Source: Deltaproteobacteria bacterium (GTDB lineage: Bacteria; Bdellovibrionota_B; Oligoflexia; Oligoflexales; Bog-1112). From it: a DNA stretch of 64,000 bases. Position 1 is the first letter of the stretch, and each line of letters begins with the position of its first letter. Below, piece by piece: positions 1-8,620 of the stretch. Where the stretch lies: positions 130,819-194,818 of the forward strand of contig CANJLI010000001.1 in assembly GCA_947475005.1 (NCBI GenBank). Direction: 5' to 3'. The notes beneath the pieces are model-generated. The model was given only the letters and a program-made list of their open reading frames with translations. It was not told the origin of the DNA and made no database searches. The translations under genes were made by a program, and so were the position numbers.

Positions 1-275
1 CTCTGCTCTTGCCCTTTGTATTTTTTGGCTATCGGGCGATTTAATCCGACAGGAAAGTCGTAGGATACCAAATTATCTAACTTCTGAATAATCAAAAATT
101 CGCTACATCCAAGCTCTTCTTTCATCTCTCGATATAAGGCTTCTTCTTCAGTTTCTCCAATTTCTACACCACCTTGTGGGAATTGCCACATGGCTTCCTC
201 CTTTCGCCTTCCCACCAAGACATGCCCGATTTCATTCAAAAAAACGCCCACTACACAGCTTCTATAGGGTAACAT
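1..275 (-). CDS. rppH: Nudix hydrolase, RppH-like RNA pyrophosphohydrolase (C-terminus cut by left window edge)
   Basis: Manual minus-strand translation from ATG at 273-275: MLPYRSCVVGVFLNEIGHVLVGRRKEEAMWQFPQGGVEIGETEEEALYREMKEELGC... Contains the Nudix box (GGx5Ex7REx2EExG) and the WQFPQGG signature typical of RppH. Absent from the ORF track because it is open at the edge. Confidence 0.8.
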   Translation of the reverse strand, partial: MLPYRSCVVGVFLNEIGHVLVGRRKEEAMWQFPQGGVEIGETEEEALYREMKEELGCSEFLIIQKLDNLVSYDFPVGLNRPIAKKYKGQEQ

Positions 276-302
276 ACCCCCTCCTTCCATAAAAACCGAA
301 CA

Positions 303-1799
303 CTATCCCTCTAAGGAACAAAAGACGCTTCCACTAGCAAGATCTTCTTTAAATGCAGCGTCGGCGGAATCAATGTCCACATAAATTCTTTCGATAAAAA
401 CACGGGTTTCATCTGAAATAATCCTTGAATAGTCCTCAATGGGTAAAACCCTTGGAAATTGGGATGTATCTTTTTTGATCAATCGAATCTCATTTTTACT
501 TTTTTCTCCCGGTTCTCTTTTTTTAAATTTGGTTAAATGAATGCAAAATTTAATATGCTCAAATACAATCTTTCTTTTTTCCAGCTTATTTTTTGCGCTT
601 AAAATTTCCTCTGGATCTGGGTCATGTTGATTGGAGATCTCAAATACTCGTTTCCAGAGTTTTCGGTTAAAGAAAATATTGCCAATCGTCTCGATAATTT
701 TCCCATGTTCAACGTCATCTTTATCTATATTTTTATCTACAAATTCAGACAAAATATGCGCTATATTCAATTCGTCAATTTCAATATATGCACAAACAGA
801 AGCAGGCAAACAAAAATCAGGTATTTTTCGTCTGACCCACCGTAGCATTACATCTACCGCGACCGTAGTTTTATGGGAATACACCTGAAAATACATCGAT
901 TGCCGTGCCCGAAGAAAATCCTCAAAGGCTGCCAATCCAGAATATCGAATTGCCAAATGCAACGAACCTTTTACATGATCATAATACAAAGATAAGGAAT
1001 CTAAAATTCTCTCGATATCAAAAATTCCATATACAACACCCGCCTCTTGAGAGTCTCGCTTTAAATAATCCATTCGATCGACATCCAACTCTCCAGAAAC
1101 CAACTGATGACAAAGAAGGTATAATTTATATCTTTGAAGGGGGGAATCCGCCTTTGGCTGTATGTTTGGATTTATAATTGCCACGACATCTTGTGGATCG
1201 ATATCCGAATGGATATCATCCAAGATCTGGCAAATGATCATGATCGTATAATCCTCATGGGAGGTCTTTTCATCGGAGGTTGCCATCAAAGAAAAATAGT
1301 CTCGGATAAAACAGGGTAGTCTTGGGTTTGCTTGTAGAATAGCCGCATAAGAGGGCAGAAAAATCTCTCCACTGTGGGAAAAAGGGGGATGACCTACATC
1401 ATGAAGCATCGCCGCTAACCGCAAGGATTGATAAACATACTCATCTGCAAAAATGCTTGCTGATTTATCGAACACATCAAATAATGTGCCGTGATTTTCA
1501 GGGCTTACCTTTATTTTCTCCGTGGCAGAAAAATTCTGATATCTTTCACAAACAGCTTGTAAGCGACTTTGATTTTCTTCAATTCGCCTCCAAGCTTTTC
1601 CCGCAATATGCATCACACCAAGGGAGTGTTCAAAACGAGTATGCGTGGCTCCTGGAAAAACAAAGGATAGGAAAGCCGTTTGTTTGATCCTTCTAAGTCG
1701 TTGAAAGGCAGGATGAGATAAAACTTGATCCTCCAAGCTCGAAATGCCAATACTTCCATACATATTCTCTCGTATTTTTCTCACAATCGGCACGGACAT
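303..1799 (-). CDS. HD-domain phosphohydrolase, dNTP triphosphohydrolase-like (SAMHD1/COG1078 type)
   Basis: 498-aa ORF with motifs HTRFEHSLGV, MLHDVGHPPFSH and DVDRMDYLKRDS, characteristic of HD-superfamily dNTPase-like proteins. Confidence 0.75.
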   Translation of the reverse strand: MSVPIVRKIRENMYGSIGISSLEDQVLSHPAFQRLRRIKQTAFLSFVFPGATHTRFEHSLGVMHIAGKAWRRIEENQSRLQAVCERYQNFSATEKIKVSPENHGTLFDVFDKSASIFADEYVYQSLRLAAMLHDVGHPPFSHSGEIFLPSYAAILQANPRLPCFIRDYFSLMATSDEKTSHEDYTIMIICQILDDIHSDIDPQDVVAIINPNIQPKADSPLQRYKLYLLCHQLVSGELDVDRMDYLKRDSQEAGVVYGIFDIERILDSLSLYYDHVKGSLHLAIRYSGLAAFEDFLRARQSMYFQVYSHKTTVAVDVMLRWVRRKIPDFCLPASVCAYIEIDELNIAHILSEFVDKNIDKDDVEHGKIIETIGNIFFNRKLWKRVFEISNQHDPDPEEILSAKNKLEKRKIVFEHIKFCIHLTKFKKREPGEKSKNEIRLIKKDTSQFPRVLPIEDYSRIISDETRVFIERIYVDIDSADAAFKEDLASGSVFCSLEG

Positions 1800-2013
1800 A
1801 TCCTCTCCTTCAATCGGGAATCAAAATGCATCTTTTGAGTATTGTAGTAGTTTCTGCTCATTTTTAGAATAAATCTAATTTTCTCTATATAAATTTATAG
1901 TTTTTTTTCTATAAATTTGGGTAAAGGATTAACTATTTTTTTTATCCTGCCGAGAAGACCTAAGAAGATGGAATCGTGCCGAGACATTCGGCACATCATA
2001 CAACAAAAAGGAG

Positions 2014-2292
2014 ATGAAGATGGTAGCTAGAAAAAGAAAAAAAGTGGCTCGTAAAAAAGCTACGAAGAAAGTAGCTCGTAAAAAAGCTACTAAGAAGGCA
2101 ACGAAGAAAGTAGCTCGTAAAAAAGCTACTAAGAAGGTAACAAAGAAAGTAGCTCGTAAAAAAGCTACTAAGAAGGCAACGAAGAAAGTAGCTCGTAAAA
2201 AAGCTACTAAGAAAAAAGCTACTAAGAAAGTAGCTCGTAAAAAAGCTACTAAGAAAGTAACCCGCAAAAAAGCCACAAGAAAAAGAAAGTAA
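2014..2292 (+). CDS. Lysine/alanine-rich histone H1-like (Hc1/AlgP-like) nucleoid protein
   Basis: 92-aa ORF made almost entirely of KKVARKKATKKATKK repeats. AAAGGAG RBS a few nt upstream of the ATG, AT-rich promoter region upstream, hairpin terminator downstream. Confidence 0.7.
   Translation: MKMVARKRKKVARKKATKKVARKKATKKATKKVARKKATKKVTKKVARKKATKKATKKVARKKATKKKATKKVARKKATKKVTRKKATRKRK
2044..2256 (+). repeat. Intragenic tandem repeat (39-bp unit, 13 aa VARKKATKKATKK) inside the histone-like gene
   Basis: Near-identical units gtagctcgtaaaaaagctactaagaaggcaacgaagaaa at 2071-2109, 2110-2148 and 2149-2187, with partial units on each side. Confidence 0.9.
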
Positions 2293-2301
2293 CTCTAAAC
2301 T

Positions 2302-2320
2302 CCCCCCCACCTCGGGGGGG
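2302..2320 (+). terminator. GC hairpin (C7-ACCTC-G7) directly after the histone-like gene
   Basis: ccccccc acctc ggggggg: 7-bp G/C stem with 5-nt loop, 10 nt after the stop codon. A T-rich tract follows within about 20 nt. Confidence 0.55.
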
Positions 2321-2343
2321 ATGCCCCCTCTTCTCGATTTCCC

Positions 2344-2911
2344 CTTTTCTTTTCTTTTCTTTTCTTTTCTTTTCTTTTCTGTGGAACCAGCTGCGCAGTT
2401 TCCACACCTCCTTGCCTCGCAATGGGAGAGCAGTGGGAGTCCTGTCGGCTACCATGTTAGATGCCAAGGCCGGCGCTCGCTCGGGGCCTCCCACCCTCTC
2501 AAAATCGCAGACAAAGTTTCCGTCATAGAAGCAGTTTCTCGGCTGCGATTTGTGACCCGGGTAGGTCCTCCCAAGCGGCTGCCCTTGGCCCCTCAAATGG
2601 TAACCGAAAGAAATCCCACTGCTCTCCCGTAGCTGCAAAGAGTTGGTAGCAGCGAGAGAACGGAAATGTATTTCCAGGATGACGCGCCAAGGGCAGCCGC
2701 TTGGGAGGACCTACCCGGGTCACAAATCGCAGCCGATGACTCACTGTCCATGACGAGAATACTGTCTGCGATTTTGAGAGGGTGGGAGGCCCCGAGCGAG
2801 CGCCGGCCTTGACGTGTCATTCTGGAAATACATTTCCGTTCTCCCATTGCGAGGCAAGGAGGTGTGGAAACTGCGCAGCTGGTTCCACAAAAGAAAGAAA
2901 GAAAGAAAGAA
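2344..2911. repeat. Foldback (near-perfect palindromic) element, copy A: core 2381-2888 with 48-bp perfect TIRs, flanked by (CTTTT)n and (GAAA)n microsatellites
   Basis: TIR-L 2381-2428 gtggaaccagctgcgcagtttccacacctccttgcctcgcaatgggag is the exact reverse complement of TIR-R 2841-2888. Internal modules C 2463-2512 / C' 2764-2813 and E 2540-2589 / E' 2686-2735 are (near-)perfect reverse complements. No credible ORF. Confidence 0.9.
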
Positions 2912-2915
2912 CTTC

Positions 2916-3851
2916 TCAGTTCACCATTATCTTTACAGGTTCAGTATATTCCCACTGTTCCGAAACCAAAGAGAATGCACCCACTCGAATCCAAACGGGG
3001 CCTTTTTGATCGAGTTTCAAAGTCATTTGTGTACCAACCGTTTGAAAATCTTGCTGAGGATCAAATAAAGTTGGGTTTACAGAATACTGAACCCTATAGA
3101 GACGTATTTTTTCATCCCCACTCCACGAAACGTCGACTCGCTCTCCAGAAATTGCGCCCCCTTCCACAGGAGAAATCAGAGCAATCTTTCGTTTTATTGC
3201 CGCATGAATGACAAAAGAACGAATTTCACTCGATCCAGAAGCAGAGGCGACTTTCCAATAATATTGGCCAGGTAATACAGAGCGAAATTCATATTTTCCA
3301 TCTCGAGTTTGATACTCAATTTCAATATTTTTTTCTACCTTTGGATCTCTAGAAATAACCAACGTCGCAGACCCTTCACTCTTCCAAGTAAAAACAGGAA
3401 ACTGAGCGGTCCCATCATAGGTCCACTCGCTATTGGTTTCAGGCTGTAGCAAAACCAGCTGATTTTCTGCAGAAGACGGCTGTTGTTTTTCTTCAGTGCC
3501 CACAACCGGGTGACTTACATTCACATGTTCATTTGCATGCTCATCTTTTTCTACGGGGAGAGGAGTCTCAATAGGAGGCATAGGGGCAACTGGAGATACA
3601 GGAGGGGGCTCAACTGCATGAGGAGGAGCCTCCTGTGTGACGGGGGGCTCCTTCGGTTCATATAAGGCTTCATGCTGGGCTCCGTCAGGTTCCCCCTGAG
3701 AAAAGAAATAAAAACTGGCTCCAGCTCCAGCTCCAGCGACCACACCGACAAAAATCAACCAAAAGAGCCCTTTCTTTCTTTTTTCTTTTTTGTCTAGTTC
3801 CATTTCAAAATCAAAATTATTTTCATCTGGAGGAAATGGCTCATTACTCAT
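2916..3851 (-). CDS. Membrane-anchored hypothetical protein (N-terminal TM helix, Pro-rich linker, beta-rich C-terminal region)
   Basis: 311-aa ORF. GLFWLIFVGVVAGAGAGASFYFF TM segment followed by a PPVTQEAPPHAVEPPPVSPVAPMPP linker. Co-directional with and just downstream of lpxK. Confidence 0.55.
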   Translation of the reverse strand: MSNEPFPPDENNFDFEMELDKKEKRKKGLFWLIFVGVVAGAGAGASFYFFSQGEPDGAQHEALYEPKEPPVTQEAPPHAVEPPPVSPVAPMPPIETPLPVEKDEHANEHVNVSHPVVGTEEKQQPSSAENQLVLLQPETNSEWTYDGTAQFPVFTWKSEGSATLVISRDPKVEKNIEIEYQTRDGKYEFRSVLPGQYYWKVASASGSSEIRSFVIHAAIKRKIALISPVEGGAISGERVDVSWSGDEKIRLYRVQYSVNPTLFDPQQDFQTVGTQMTLKLDQKGPVWIRVGAFSLVSEQWEYTEPVKIMVN

Positions 3852-3904
3852 CGATAGGTCTCCCTATGGATCAAAATACGGATGGTATAAGTACCCTGTC
3901 CTTA

Positions 3905-4915
3905 TTATAGGGGAGCCGTACGAATAAGACTAGAAACCAATAGCTTACGATCAACATCAACATATAGAGGCACGATATATACAGGAATTGGAAAATTTTC
4001 AAAAATAGCAGGATCTCGATAATAATCTTTCTCAGTTGTAACGACAGCCTCCGCCCCTCCAATTCGATTTTTTAGATCGGCTTGAGTGACAAGCTGATGA
4101 TCAGATACAATATAGGTTTCTTGGATGAAAATACCCATTTTATCCAATCCACTTAAAAACCAGCTCGGATTGGCAATCCCACAAAAAACAAAAACTTTAC
4201 TAGATAATAAAAGAGCTTCCTTTTGATCCAAAGGCAAACAAGGCGGTTTCATATGAAAAAAAGATTTCATTGGAATTTGATGCGTATACAACTTGATTTT
4301 TTTCTCTTCTAATTCGTTCGGCGCATGTTCATCGCACCGTGTCCAAATCACCAGATCCGCTCTTTGGAGGGCCCAAAAGGATTCTCGAAAAATTTGGTTC
4401 TGAGGACGAAAAGAATGGGCATCCAACAAAACAATATCAAGGTCTCGATGGATCTGCACATGCTGAAAGCCATCATCTAAAATCCAATGGGTCACCTTTT
4501 GCTTTGAACTTGTAAGATACCAGCTTGCTGCTTCAAACCGGTCGGGAGACACCACAATGGGCACCGGCCCTAATTTTGCAGATAACATCCGCGCTTCATC
4601 TGGATAGATCGGCGTGGTGATTTTTTTTTGTAGCACCAATCTTCCATACTGAAACACCGCTACACCTGATTTTCCAACTCCACTTCGATACCCCCTCGTT
4701 AAAACAGCAGGAGAGTGTCCTTCGTCGAGTAATAGCTGTGCGATCAATTCCACCAAAGGTGATTTCCCTGTGCCACCAACAGCAATATTCCCAATGGAAA
4801 TACAAGGCGCAGGCAATTTTTTAACCGAAAAAATCCCATACCGATAGAGGCTCCTTTTCAAGAGGGTCGCCAAATTCCAACTGACATTGATACAACGAGT
4901 GAGAAAGTGGTTCAT
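3905..4915 (-). CDS. lpxK: Tetraacyldisaccharide 4'-kinase
   Basis: 336 aa. P-loop context ISIGNIAVGGTGKSPLV typical of LpxK. 4-nt overlap with the msbA stop. Confidence 0.85.
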   Translation of the reverse strand: MNHFLTRCINVSWNLATLLKRSLYRYGIFSVKKLPAPCISIGNIAVGGTGKSPLVELIAQLLLDEGHSPAVLTRGYRSGVGKSGVAVFQYGRLVLQKKITTPIYPDEARMLSAKLGPVPIVVSPDRFEAASWYLTSSKQKVTHWILDDGFQHVQIHRDLDIVLLDAHSFRPQNQIFRESFWALQRADLVIWTRCDEHAPNELEEKKIKLYTHQIPMKSFFHMKPPCLPLDQKEALLLSSKVFVFCGIANPSWFLSGLDKMGIFIQETYIVSDHQLVTQADLKNRIGGAEAVVTTEKDYYRDPAIFENFPIPVYIVPLYVDVDRKLLVSSLIRTAPL

Positions 4916-6708
4916 TTTTTTTCAAAAAACTCGCGGTAAATGGGTTCAAGAAGTAACTTATCATGAGGCCCTTGAAGAAAAACCGTTCCATCTTTAATAA
5001 ACCAAACCTCCTGAAATAAAGGCAAAGTATCAACCCGATGAGTAGCTGCTAGCAGGAATTTTTTTTCCTCTTTTACTTGTTCGATGATCTCGGTCAAAAT
5101 TTCTTTTTCCATGTGGGGATCGATAGAAGCTGTCGCCTCATCCCACAGCATGATTTTCTTATCCTGCAGCAAGGATCTTGCCAAAACCAAACGTTGCTTT
5201 TGCCCACCTGAAATGTTCATATGCAAAGGTTGGATTTCTTCCTCAATTCCCCCTCGCAACTGAGCGATCTCCGCTTCCATGCGCACTTTCTGCAAACCCA
5301 TCTGTATCTCAGCCAGTTCTTTTTTTCCCTGAAATGACATATTTCCATAGCGCAAATTTTCCGCTACCGAATCGTTAAACAAGAAAGGATCTTGAGAAAC
5401 ATAGGTTGTACCTGCAGCAATCGAGACCCATTCACACGGGCTGTCCCATTTCGTCGGTGCAATCAATCCTGCTAATCCTCTCAACAAGGTTGACTTCCCT
5501 CCCCCACTCGATCCGACAAGGGCAACTGCATATCCAGGGGACAATATCAATCGATCCCCACAGATCCCTTTTCCTGCGGCCATCTGAAAAGAAACGGATT
5601 GGATAGAAACTGGCAGGCTAACCTCTGTACCAGAAACAACCTCCTTCTTTTGAACCGGGGGTTCCAGCAAAATTGGCAAACTCCCTTGAAGAGCTCCAAT
5701 GGTTTCCTTGAATCGTCCGAGTTGCTCACCAATATTACGAAGTGGTTTTAAAAAAGCTCCAAGCGCCCCAAAAAACACAAATAAATTAGAGGGATGAAAC
5801 CACTCAATATTGGCGCGTGTAGCCAGCCAAATAATAATAGAAAAAGAAAGAAACCCCATCAGCTCAATGCTGGGAGCAAAAGAAGCCCGAATAAAAATCG
5901 ATTTTTTAACTTCCTGATAATAGGAATCATTAATCTCATAAAATCGTTTGATTTCGAATGATTCCCCCTGTTGAGCCCGAATAAAGGAAAGCCGTTTTCG
6001 CAGTTCCAACAGGTAGTCCGCAATGAAGCCCATCTTCTCTTGGAAAAATTTTGCATATACCGAAATTTTTTCTCCAACTCCTCCAACCCCTTTTGCAATA
6101 AAAGGGCTGATAGCCAGCAACAACACAGCAATGGGCCAATGCACAAAAAAAAGTGTAATCAAACAAGCCAACATGGTGACTGCATCCCGAACACAGGCAT
6201 TCACCACATCCAGCAGCCGATTTTGCAGGTAAATTACATCGTTCATCAACACCGACATCCATTGAGCCGATGTTTTTTCTTTCACCTGTAAATACGGCAT
6301 TTTTACAATGGAACCAAACAATCGGTCTCGATATTTTTTACAAGCGAACAAAGCCAAATCACCCACAGAGATCTGGTAGAAATAGCTGGCAATCCCTCTC
6401 CCCAAGGCAAAGGCCACCAACAGTAGAGGAATGAGTATCGCTAATTTTTCTGCAGCCACTGTAAACTCAGCAAGTGCAGGGGAAAGAAAGAGATTGCTTT
6501 GAGGAAAAAGGTCAAAGAAAGAGATAGAAGACAACTGAGAAGAAAGTAAAATTTCGATAAAAGGACCAGCGAGCACGATAATAAGGCTTTGGGAAATCGA
6601 CAAGATCAACAACGAAAGGAATAAAACAACGACGCTTTTTTTATGCTCACGAAAGGTTTCGAGCAAGAGACCCAACAAAAAATGAGTCGCAGAAATTGAG
6701 TTCTTCAT
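4912..6708 (-). CDS. msbA: Lipid A export ABC transporter, fused permease/ATPase (MsbA-like)
   Basis: N-terminal 6-TM domain plus Walker A GSSGGGKSTL, signature SGGQKQR and Walker B MLWDEATASID. Start moved to ATG 6706-6708 (MKNSIS...), which forms an ATGA overlap with the lpxB stop. Confidence 0.8.
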   Translation of the reverse strand: MKNSISATHFLLGLLLETFREHKKSVVVLFLSLLILSISQSLIIVLAGPFIEILLSSQLSSISFFDLFPQSNLFLSPALAEFTVAAEKLAILIPLLLVAFALGRGIASYFYQISVGDLALFACKKYRDRLFGSIVKMPYLQVKEKTSAQWMSVLMNDVIYLQNRLLDVVNACVRDAVTMLACLITLFFVHWPIAVLLLAISPFIAKGVGGVGEKISVYAKFFQEKMGFIADYLLELRKRLSFIRAQQGESFEIKRFYEINDSYYQEVKKSIFIRASFAPSIELMGFLSFSIIIWLATRANIEWFHPSNLFVFFGALGAFLKPLRNIGEQLGRFKETIGALQGSLPILLEPPVQKKEVVSGTEVSLPVSIQSVSFQMAAGKGICGDRLILSPGYAVALVGSSGGGKSTLLRGLAGLIAPTKWDSPCEWVSIAAGTTYVSQDPFLFNDSVAENLRYGNMSFQGKKELAEIQMGLQKVRMEAEIAQLRGGIEEEIQPLHMNISGGQKQRLVLARSLLQDKKIMLWDEATASIDPHMEKEILTEIIEQVKEEKKFLLAATHRVDTLPLFQEVWFIKDGTVFLQGPHDKLLLEPIYREFFEKK

Positions 6709-7826
6709 AGGGATACATGCTGGAGAATGGTGCGTGCAGCACATGCAGCTGCCTTTGGATGCAAAGAGGCCTGTAGGTGGAGAAATTCTTGCTTCATCGT
6801 TATCCTTTTTTCCAAATCCCCGAGCAACTCTAGAATCTCACTGGCAACGGCACTCGCTTCAAACTCCTGAACAAATTCCCTTACAACTTCTTTCTCGGCC
6901 ACGATGTTAACCAAGCTAATCCAGGGTATTTTTACCTTTCGTTTTGCGATCTGAAAAGTTAAGGCATTCATCCGATAGATGACACACAAAGGGGTACCCA
7001 GTAAGGCACATTCTAGCGTAGCTGTACCTGAACACACAAGGGAAGCATCTGAAATTGCCATAGCCTCCAAGCTATTGCCTTGCAAAAACCTAACATTTTT
7101 AGAGGAAAGCCCCAGGCTACCCTCTACCCATGCAAGAGAGAGATTTTGGGCTACCACCACCAAAAAGTGAATATCCGGCGCCCTGCGCTCCATATCTTCT
7201 ATAATTTCTTTACAAATCACAGCTAGCTGTTCGATCTCTTCCTTGCGACTTCCGAGAAGCAAGGACACTATGACGTCGCTCTCTTGATACCCAAATTCTT
7301 TCTTGTGGGCATGGATCTTTCGTGTTCGATCCAAAATTGGAGAACCTATATAAGCAAAAGGAACCTGATGCTTTGCAAAAAATTGGGTCTCAAAGGGAAA
7401 AATCCCCAGTGTTAGCTCTACATTTTTACGAAGCAGTGCCGCACGATGCTCCCCCCATGCCCATAATTTCGGGGCCACATATTGAAAGACAGGAATGCCT
7501 CGCAATCGAAGCTTTTCAGCTAGCATCAAATGGAATCCAGGAAAATCGATCAAAATTGCCATAGAAGGCTGGAAACGATCTACCCATGCCAAAATTTTTT
7601 GCTCAGCCTCTGAAAGGGTAGATAACCGTTGAAAAACTTCCACAACCCCCATCACTGTCACTGCTTCTTGACTGACCAGGGATACGGCTCCACGCTGCTC
7701 CATAGCAGCCCCACAAATCCCCACAAACTCGAGATCTTTTTCAATCTTCTGCAGTTCATCGATCAATTCAGCACCAAGCAAATCACCAGAAAATTCGCCT
7801 GCACTGATGAAGCAGTACTTCTTCAT
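6705..7826 (-). CDS. lpxB: Lipid-A-disaccharide synthase
   Basis: 373 aa. N-terminal ISAGEFSGDLLGAELI resembles the LpxB AGExSGD motif. Sits in lpxA-lpxB synteny. Confidence 0.85.
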   Translation of the reverse strand: MKKYCFISAGEFSGDLLGAELIDELQKIEKDLEFVGICGAAMEQRGAVSLVSQEAVTVMGVVEVFQRLSTLSEAEQKILAWVDRFQPSMAILIDFPGFHLMLAEKLRLRGIPVFQYVAPKLWAWGEHRAALLRKNVELTLGIFPFETQFFAKHQVPFAYIGSPILDRTRKIHAHKKEFGYQESDVIVSLLLGSRKEEIEQLAVICKEIIEDMERRAPDIHFLVVVAQNLSLAWVEGSLGLSSKNVRFLQGNSLEAMAISDASLVCSGTATLECALLGTPLCVIYRMNALTFQIAKRKVKIPWISLVNIVAEKEVVREFVQEFEASAVASEILELLGDLEKRITMKQEFLHLQASLHPKAAACAARTILQHVSL

Positions 7827-8602
7827 CTACAAATGCCCCGGGTGCTTTTTTGTAAAAATTCAACGAATTTGGATCGGTAAACAGAATCGGGAATCTCAGT
7901 TGTGATACTTTCAATGGCTTGCGTCAGGATTAAATTGGATTGAAAAACCAACTTGTACATTTTGCGAATGTTTTCAAGCTCTGATGAAACAACCCCGCTC
8001 CGCTTCAATCCCACCACATTCAAACCGGTGGCACTAGCATAGTTTCCACTCACCATGCAAAAAGGAGGGATATCTTGGACCACCATGGAGCCACCGCCCA
8101 CCATAGCCATGGTACCGATCTTGGAAAACTGATGCACAGCACTACAGCCTCCAATGATGGCTTTGTCCTCAATTTCCACATGCCCCGCAATTTGTACTGA
8201 ATTGGATAAGATGCAATGATCCCCAATCAAGCAATCATGTGCGATATGGGTAAATGCCATGAAGAGATTGTCAGATCCGATGGATGTCTTTCCCCCTCCA
8301 TCTTCTGTACCCACAGAGATATTGCAATACTCTCTAAAAATATTTCGCTCTCCACAAAACAAATGGGACTCTTCCCCATGGAATTTCTTATCTTGTGGGA
8401 TGACTCCGACAGTGGAGAAAGAAAAAAGATGACTATGAGCACCGATCACCGTACGCCCTTGCACCATGGCATGAGCCGCTACCTCTACGTGATCTCCTAA
8501 ACTAACATGAGGCCCCACCACAGCAAAAGGACCGATTTTTACATCGACGCCCAATTTTGCTGACTTATCAACAATGGCAGTGGGGTGAATTTGTGACGAC
8601 AT
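7823..8602 (-). CDS. lpxA: Acyl-ACP:UDP-N-acetylglucosamine O-acyltransferase
   Basis: 259 aa. Hexapeptide-repeat left-handed beta-helix pattern (IHPTAIVDKSAKLGVDVKIGPFAVVG...). fabZ-lpxA-lpxB order. Confidence 0.85.
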   Translation of the reverse strand: MSSQIHPTAIVDKSAKLGVDVKIGPFAVVGPHVSLGDHVEVAAHAMVQGRTVIGAHSHLFSFSTVGVIPQDKKFHGEESHLFCGERNIFREYCNISVGTEDGGGKTSIGSDNLFMAFTHIAHDCLIGDHCILSNSVQIAGHVEIEDKAIIGGCSAVHQFSKIGTMAMVGGGSMVVQDIPPFCMVSGNYASATGLNVVGLKRSGVVSSELENIRKMYKLVFQSNLILTQAIESITTEIPDSVYRSKFVEFLQKSTRGICR

Positions 8603-8620
8603 ACCCAGACTCCCTTTTCG

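Noticed and set aside
303-1799. HD-domain dNTPase-like gene as a nucleotide-depletion anti-phage defence gene
   Set aside because: The context is housekeeping (adjacent rppH, no mobile or defence neighbours) and composition matches the core genome. Sequence alone cannot distinguish a defensive dGTPase from a housekeeping dNTP triphosphohydrolase.
1929-2310. Two minus-strand ORFs (115 and 104 aa; FLVAFLRATF... and SSFFTSYFL...) overlapping the histone-like gene
   Set aside because: They are antisense read-through of the 39-bp tandem repeat, so low-complexity repeats keep all frames open. They have no RBS, whereas the + strand ORF has an RBS, a promoter-like AT-rich leader and a terminator.
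2249-3009. Cluster of 60-130-aa ORFs on both strands inside foldback copy A
   Set aside because: The peptides are mirror images of each other on the two strands (for example GPPKRLPLAPQMVTERNP on both), as expected from a palindrome. None has a properly spaced RBS and start. The analogous ORFs in copy B are broken differently.
4622-4630. T9 homopolymer inside lpxK as a phase-variation tract
   Set aside because: lpxK is normally essential in diderm bacteria, so the tract more likely reflects a general tolerance of A/T runs. This observation also tempers the FkbM A10 finding.
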